Source of the DNA: Minutocellus sp. GHC0000111
Lineage: Eukaryota
Assembly: GCA_977018835.1 (NCBI GenBank)
Contig: OZ361259.1
Location: 496,001-560,000 of the forward strand
Length of the DNA: 64,000 bases
Direction: 5' to 3'
Part shown: positions 57,982 through 64,000 of the stretch, piece by piece
Layout: every line of letters starts with the position of its first letter
How positions within the stretch are numbered: the stretch's first letter is position 1
Notes under the pieces: generated by a model
Told to the model about the DNA's origin: nothing
Seen by the model: only the letters and a program-made list of their open reading frames with translations
The model's database searches: none
Program-made: the position numbers and the translations under genes

Positions 57982-60900
57982 CCAAGTGCGTGTCGATCTG
58001 GCGATCTGGCGACGCCAGCGAGAAATTTTCGCGAAAAAACAGGAGTGACAAGAGAGAGCGGAAAAATGTCTTTTACTGGCATGGCCGGCTCTCCACTACT
58101 TAATTTAGCACATTTTGGGCGTCTTTGACCGTTTTTTTGCTTGCCCGTCTCGTTTGCCTCTCTCTTCATGGCAAAAGGTCGTTGCTTTGCATGGTCGTTT
58201 ATCACGAAATGTTGTCCAACCGATCGGACTTTCCCTCATCGATTAGTTCAAGATATTTTGAGCAACGTTTGATGTTCGCCGCCTTCATCGATCGCGCTCC
58301 TTGCGAATCCGGCGGCGTCGGGATCGCCCTCCAAATCGACACATTCCCGCCCAAATCTCTCTGACACAGTAAAAATTTTATACAGCTCTGAAGATTTTCA
58401 ATGTTCATCAGCCAATCATCGTCCGACCATCCAAGCATAAAGAACGAGAACGAAATGACACCGCTTGCCCCTCCTCCCATTTATGCCAAACTCCTGCAGT
58501 TGTTCTCAAATTGGCGCTTGCGCGTTGGCTATCCCTGGCTCGGCCGGCCCTCCCGCCAATGATCGGTGCACAAAATGTGGCGCATCGTTCCACCACTGCT
58601 GTCAAGTGCAGCACTTCCAAAGATACGGCAAAGAGAACGCAAACTTGCGCTGCCACAAATGCTTCGTGGCCGATGTAAACAACACGACCAATCTCAGCGA
58701 CAAAAACCTTGCAGACATGCATTTATCCAGGGGTGATCTCCTCCCATGGCCTCCTACGTATTTTCGGTCGCCAGCAGCCTCCAACAAAGAGGTGCCGTCA
58801 CTTCCATCACTACGCCGCCGAAGGGGAAGAAGACGAGCAACTATGTGTCTGTGTCGGGCAAACCCCTCCTCCAAAAAGGCGATACCGTGAGGGTTTCATC
58901 AGACTACAGCCCATACAAGAATTCTCCCGGCGGTGATGGAATCGTTACCGATGTGAAAGGCTCCGGTGGGAAGCTGACGGTGGATGTGCAGTGTGACGCC
59001 ATCGCAGCCCAGAAATTTGAGCATGATGTTCCCCTTTTCCGCCTCACTCGAATTCGATCAGCCACATCTTCTGCTCCAATCATCCACAACCCCCCAGCTC
59101 GTGCAGCTATCAAAAGGACTCGCCAAGATGCATTAGGAGATGACAAAGACGATGGGGGAACGGCCTCTAGTCCGCCGGCGAAACGGCAGTGCCGGAAAGA
59201 CGGAGAGGTCAGATTGTAACTGAGCTCATGAAAAAGAATGGTGGAATGAATCTTTGCAGAGGATGGAGAGCTGATAGCATGGGCCTATCAAGGGACGACC
59301 CTGATTTTGACACTGCAATTGCTGTGGACTATGGTGCTGTGGCATATGCTGCTGCCATGCGCAAGACCCATGGAATGGCAACCCTTCCAGCGACGAAAGA
59401 TCCCCTCGCAATAGTGAATCTCGCCCACGCATATGGAGTTGAGCGGCACCACCCCAAAGATGCGTACGATCGCCTCATGATGCCACAGAAGGCCGAGCGA
59501 AGAGCAGAGGCGAAGAAGGAAAGCAAGAAGCGAAAGAGAAAGGAAAGAGGGGAGGAGCCCGGAGCGAAGAGGGTCAAATTTCTTTCTGTGATCGAAGACT
59601 ATGATCATGCGCGCTCGATGTACACTCCAGTATATTTTTATGGAGAGCATTTGCTACAGAAGGCATCGGCGGAGGCCGCTGAGAATTGCTACCTCTTGGA
59701 TTCATCTGCGCAGGGAGACATAAGGAAGATGGCGCGCGAAAAGTTCCAATACCTTACCGCCGACAACAAAGAGCCATTCAACTTTCTTTCTCGGTCGGCC
59801 ATCGCTAGACAGCCTGGAATTCGAGATGAGATTATTGCAATACTTCTCAAGGATCAGTCCAAAAGTTGGCAGGATGTTGCAGATGACATTGACGGTTGGT
59901 GCAGTGCAAGGACGATTGATCGGTGGTTTACTTCGCATTGTGGAGCTACATACGGTGCAGAAGCAACATTGCCTTTGCTTACAACAGCTCAGATGGCCGA
60001 GCATGTCCGATTTGCGAAGCATTTCCTCAATGGCTGGGGGAGAGAAGCCGAGCCTACTATTCTTGTGCATTACGATGAAAAGTGGTTCCATGGGTACGTC
60101 GGAAGGCGCAACAACAAAATCTGCGAGGCTCCGGGCCTTCATCACCCAATGAATTTTTGTCAGCATAAGTGCCACATTCCGAAGATTATGGTGGTTGCGT
60201 TCACTGGGTATGCTTATGGCGGTAACATCGAGGAGGATGGCGGCGACGGCTTGATGCTTGGTCTGTATCGATGCATGGCAGGCCGAATGGCGCAGAAGAA
60301 TCAGCGTGCTGGTCGGAAGGACGATGAGGGTCGGCAGCGCTACGATGGAGAGCTGATTCGTGAGAAGGGTAGGCCCTACATGGTTGATGCTACGGTGAAG
60401 GGTGTAAGTAGCGGGACTTCGACTAATCCTAGCTTTTCTCTCCGAGAGATATTTGAACATCAAATTATCCCTCTTTTAGAGAAGTTAGTTGGTCCTCCCG
60501 CTACTTGTGGTGACAAAGAAAAGTATCAGGAGGAGAAGCAACGATACGAGGCTGATCCTGAAAACAATTCCCCGCCCATCGCTGATCCAAGTCTCTATGG
60601 AAAGTACCAGAACTATGGCGTAGTTGTTCAAGGCGACAATGCCGGTCCTCACCGCGAGGGCAATTTCCAAGCATGGTGCAAGGAGCAATGCCAGATAAGG
60701 AGCCATTGGTATTGGGAGCCCCAGGCTGCTCAGATGCCCTACTCGAACAATCTTGACTTGGCCGTCTTCCCCTGCATGTCTAAAATCCACTCTCATTTGC
60801 TGAAGGAGGGCGGGGAGAAGGCCATCGGAAACAACGATGCAATATGGAAGCGATGCCAAGATACATGGAGCGATTTGACATCGGAAAAAGTCGCTCATGG

Positions 60901-61515
60901 ATATGTGTTGGCGAAACGAATTCTAGAAAGCGTGGAAGAAAATGGCGGCGGCAACGAGTTCTTGCGAAGTTGTAAGCCAACGGCCCAACAAGGACAAAAC
61001 GTCCGAGGCGACTTCATCGCAACCAAGGACGGTATCGCCCCTCGCTCCAAGAAAGCTTAGATTGACATTTTTACTTAGATTTATTATGTTACTAGCTTGC
61101 TTTGATGCATTTGGTACGTGTAAAAACTCAAACCTCGTGTGTGTTTGCTGGTAAAAATGGCTGATGCTGAAGCTGTGCTGTGTGTCATCCTACACGAGTG
61201 ACTCGAACACGGCGAACATATCAACAAGTACATAAAGGTTGATAGTTTTAACGGTGATAGTTACATGTAGTGCGACACCTCGGTAACATTCATAACTTTG
61301 CATCAAACTTGCCTTATTGACTCGAATTCTCAAATAAATAGTTCTCCAGTTCAGGCAAATTATATTTTTTTGTTTTTTGAGTAGCACAAAACTGTCGTTC
61401 CAAAACAAAAATTATGGAAAACATTCTGAGAAATGAGATTTTGTAGGTATTTCTTCGGACTTTCCGATTTCTGGGCGAAAACGTCGCTGGCGTCGCCAGA
61501 TCGACACGCACTTGG
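57982..61515 (+). mobile_element. Tc1/mariner-superfamily DNA transposon (DD39D) with TIRs and TA target duplication
   Basis: The left end is TA|CCAAGTGCGTGTCGATCTGGC(GATCTGGC)GACGCCAGCGA and the right end is TCGCTGGCGTCGCCAGATCGACACGCACTTGG|TA. A transposase lies inside. Confidence 0.93.
58483..61060 (+). CDS. Mariner-type transposase (DD39D), probably with N-terminal PHD-like and Tudor/SH3-like modules; frameshifts near 58745 and 59200
   Basis: Catalytic residues are HYDEKWF (60074), QGDNAGPH (60635) and QMPYSNNLDL (60755), with 39 residues between D2 and D3. SWQDVADDIDGWCSARTIDRWF is HTH-like. The upstream overlapping ORFs 58465-58890 and 58746-59219 lie inside the TIRs. Confidence 0.8.
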
Positions 61516-61559
61516 TACGCAGCACGTAGGATTTGCTACTGCACATAACTTTTCCTGCA

Positions 61560-62830
61560 TTTTGAGGCTGATCGTCACTTGGTCTGTTTCTGGCTTCAAA
61601 CGAAAGTAAGTCTTGGTTTTTTACTGATTCAAGAGCTCACATGTCATGTACTCGACATCTTCCACACTGACTGTTTTCACTCTTCTCCCATCCCAATTCT
61701 TCCACACAACCACCGCATCATCTTTCAGCTTAATTCCCACGCCACGGCACTGCGTTCCATTGCCCCTCTTTTTCTTCAAAATTTCATTAGAATTGATCAT
61801 GTAAGGCACTCCTTTGTAGAACAGAAGTCGAGGATCAATCTTTCGACTTTGATGTCCGAATGTTAGCATCCCCACAAGATTGATACACACAGTTGTGGGT
61901 TCCACGCCCAAGTCTTTGTGTCCCCTTGAAAAGACTGCATTCAATGACGATGGTGTGATCAGGAATTTCCCTTTCATTGTCCAGTAGAGAAGGATGAGTG
62001 CTCTGAATGTGATCATTGAACACTCCGGCAGATATGGAGTTTCGCTGGTTGTTTGTGTCAACTGCATAGCACACATCGCCTTCCTTTGGCAGAGCTACGC
62101 CATCCAGAGCAAGGAGGCGGCGGTTAATCTTTTTCCTGTCGTCTTCCGTGTCCATTCCTGAGCGAATTCTTCCGAGAATCTCCCCCCACTCTGGATCATC
62201 TTTGAACCTGTGAAGCCCTTCCAGCATGATTACGCAATTTATTACGCCTTGCCAGTAAATGCTGTGCTGCTGGTAGATTGGAGTGCCTGACATGGTTCTC
62301 ATTTGATGGAAGTCTCCTGCAAAAACAATTGAAAGTCCTCACAATTGAAAGTCCTCCGTACATTTCGGCCGGGCGGCTACGAAGTCGCCTCAATTTTTTA
62401 TCGAGTTTTTCTAAGTCAGCTGTGGAAAAATATGACACTTCATCAATGACCAAAATTCTCACATAGTCCCACTCTCTGCAGTTGGCCTCTTTTATAGTCT
62501 TCTTGTTGAGAAATGCAGCGCTGTGAATGGTGACGCCACCCCAAAGTGCGGCAGACGAACCAGTGCACGATGTAAACCAAAACGTAGTTTCATCAAAGGG
62601 CAGTGCTGCAGCTGTGCAGAAAAGTGTTTGCAAAACTTTTGCGCTGCATAAAGAGCGCGACTCTTCCCACAGCCGGCGGGACCTGTTAAGAACATGAGAA
62701 GCTGGTACGGATTTGTTGAAGATCCAGTTGACCCCACTTCCACTTTTGCTGCTCTGCTGCGGAGTCGTTGGATCAGTTCATCTCTCTTGACTTCTGTGTA
62801 CTCTTCTGCATGGTCGACCACACCACAAAT
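61560..62830 (-). pseudogene. PIF1-family (Helitron RepHel-type) helicase relic with multiple frameshifts
   Basis: MFLTGPAGCGKS (Walker A), TSCTGSSAALWGGVTIHSAA, ILVIDEVS (Walker B), YGGLSIV, LEGLHRFKDDPEWGEILGRIR and PYMINSN...GNGT. The final helicase motifs and the HUH domain are not seen. Confidence 0.8.
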
Positions 62831-63006
62831 TTTGAAACTTCTGCTAAAAGTAAAAGCAATTGCAAATCATCTGTACTAGCACACCCTACTTGCTATCCTC
62901 TCTTGTTTGGCCAACAATATGTCGATACCGAAATAATCTCAACAAATAAGCATCGCTGGTGAGCATAGTCCAGACCTTTAGTAGTAACAGCCTGCTTTCC
63001 TCTTTC

Positions 63007-64000
63007 CTACCGTGTTTCATTACGGTTTCTACGGGAACTATTGGACTCATCTGTAAGAACACCTGGATCAACAACATCATCCATCCAATAATCTTTGGAC
63101 AATTTCAAAAAGGAATACTCATAAAATGGCAAATTTGGAAACTGCACATTGTGTTCCTTGGAATACTTGACATACCCCGCTGCACGAAAGGCATCAAAAA
63201 AATCCTTCATTTGATTTCCTGTTGCAGCATGAACCTCCACCAAAATCTGTTGTAGGATCGGATTGGAATCATCCAACCAGTCAGTGAAGGTTTCATGTTC
63301 ACATCCTTCACAATCAATTTTGAAAATATCAATGCCTGGTGCTCCATCATGGCCCAACTCCTTAAGCGTCTCGGACATTGTTTTGTACACGTGACCGTTC
63401 TTCTCATTGACGCTGGATGTCTTAGATAGTCCCCATTGGTGATAGTGTAAGTTCAGATTGGGATGCATTAGGTGGGAATAATCGTCCATGTCGAAAATGT
63501 GAATCTCGCAGGTATCTCTTCCAAGTGTCATTTGGAGAGAGCTGTTTCAAAAGAAAAATCACCACACGATCCGACACTGTAGATAAGGCATCCGGGTTTA
63601 GAAGGATTGGCCTTCTTTCTCGTTTTGGATTGCGCAATGAGTCGATGAGGGTCACATACCCATTTGGGCCCATCGCCAAGCCCATTCCCACCAACCCGTT
63701 TCCGAAATTGACAACTAAAGTCTGGTTCATAATGTGATTGAAACCATTCCGTCTTGACCTTGGAACTTCCATCTGCTTTCATTGGCTGCTGTCCTCTGGC
63801 ATAGGTTGCATGATCTCCCGGAATCCAGTGATTTTCCCGTGAGGACGAAATAACACGTAACCGATTCCATTGTGATTCCGTAATGTCTTGAAAGAACCCA
63901 AAGGATTGCCCGAGGGATGCTTCTGCACAGAATCAGAGATTCTAATAATTGTATTTGTAATCAAAGATGTAATGAGGAGAAATATTAGGAGATGCTTTGT
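63007..64000 (-). CDS. Methyltransf_22/METTL24-like SAM methyltransferase; frameshift near 63530; start probably beyond the right edge
   Basis: SFGFFQDITESQW, HYEPDFSC, GDGPKWVCDP, CLIYSVGS.GDFSFE, CEIHIFD, IDIFKIDCEGCE, QILVEVH and EYSFLKL. Confidence 0.8.

Noticed and set aside
42333..64000. Endogenous giant virus or Polinton
   Set aside because: No capsid, packaging ATPase, protein-primed polymerase or other viral core gene was recognised.

Overview
This is eukaryotic nuclear DNA, most likely from a diatom (stramenopile), judging by the 18S/5.8S/28S sequence, short GT-AG introns, bipartite signal-peptide/AF plastid presequences and the transposon types. It has three zones. (1) 1-35.7 kb is a gene-dense housekeeping block: DOCK-family GEF, Mog1, COQ8, RBR E3 ligase, GNAT, Rad1, LIN-9/DIRP, SPRY protein, EXECUTER-like protein, epsin, RPE, acyltransferase, TMEM260 and a cytochrome c6-like gene. 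(2) 35.8-42.3 kb is a single minus-strand rDNA unit (spacer subrepeats, 28S, ITS2, 5.8S, ITS1 and only the last ~450 nt of 18S). It carries lesions in conserved 28S elements, including loss of the helix 71 hairpin next to the R2/I-PpoI site. (3) 42.3-64 kb is a degenerate, repeat-rich accessory zone. It holds glycosyltransferase-like and methyltransferase genes, a 7.9-kb APE-RT-RNase H non-LTR retrotransposon with a perfect 17-bp TSD, a complete TA-flanked DD39D mariner, and a PIF1/Helitron-type helicase relic. The best novelty candidate is the mariner, whose transposase appears to carry an N-terminal PHD-type zinc finger plus a Tudor/SH3-like module. Several single-base frameshifts in otherwise intact genes suggest consensus indel errors, so frameshift-based pseudogene calls need read-level checks.
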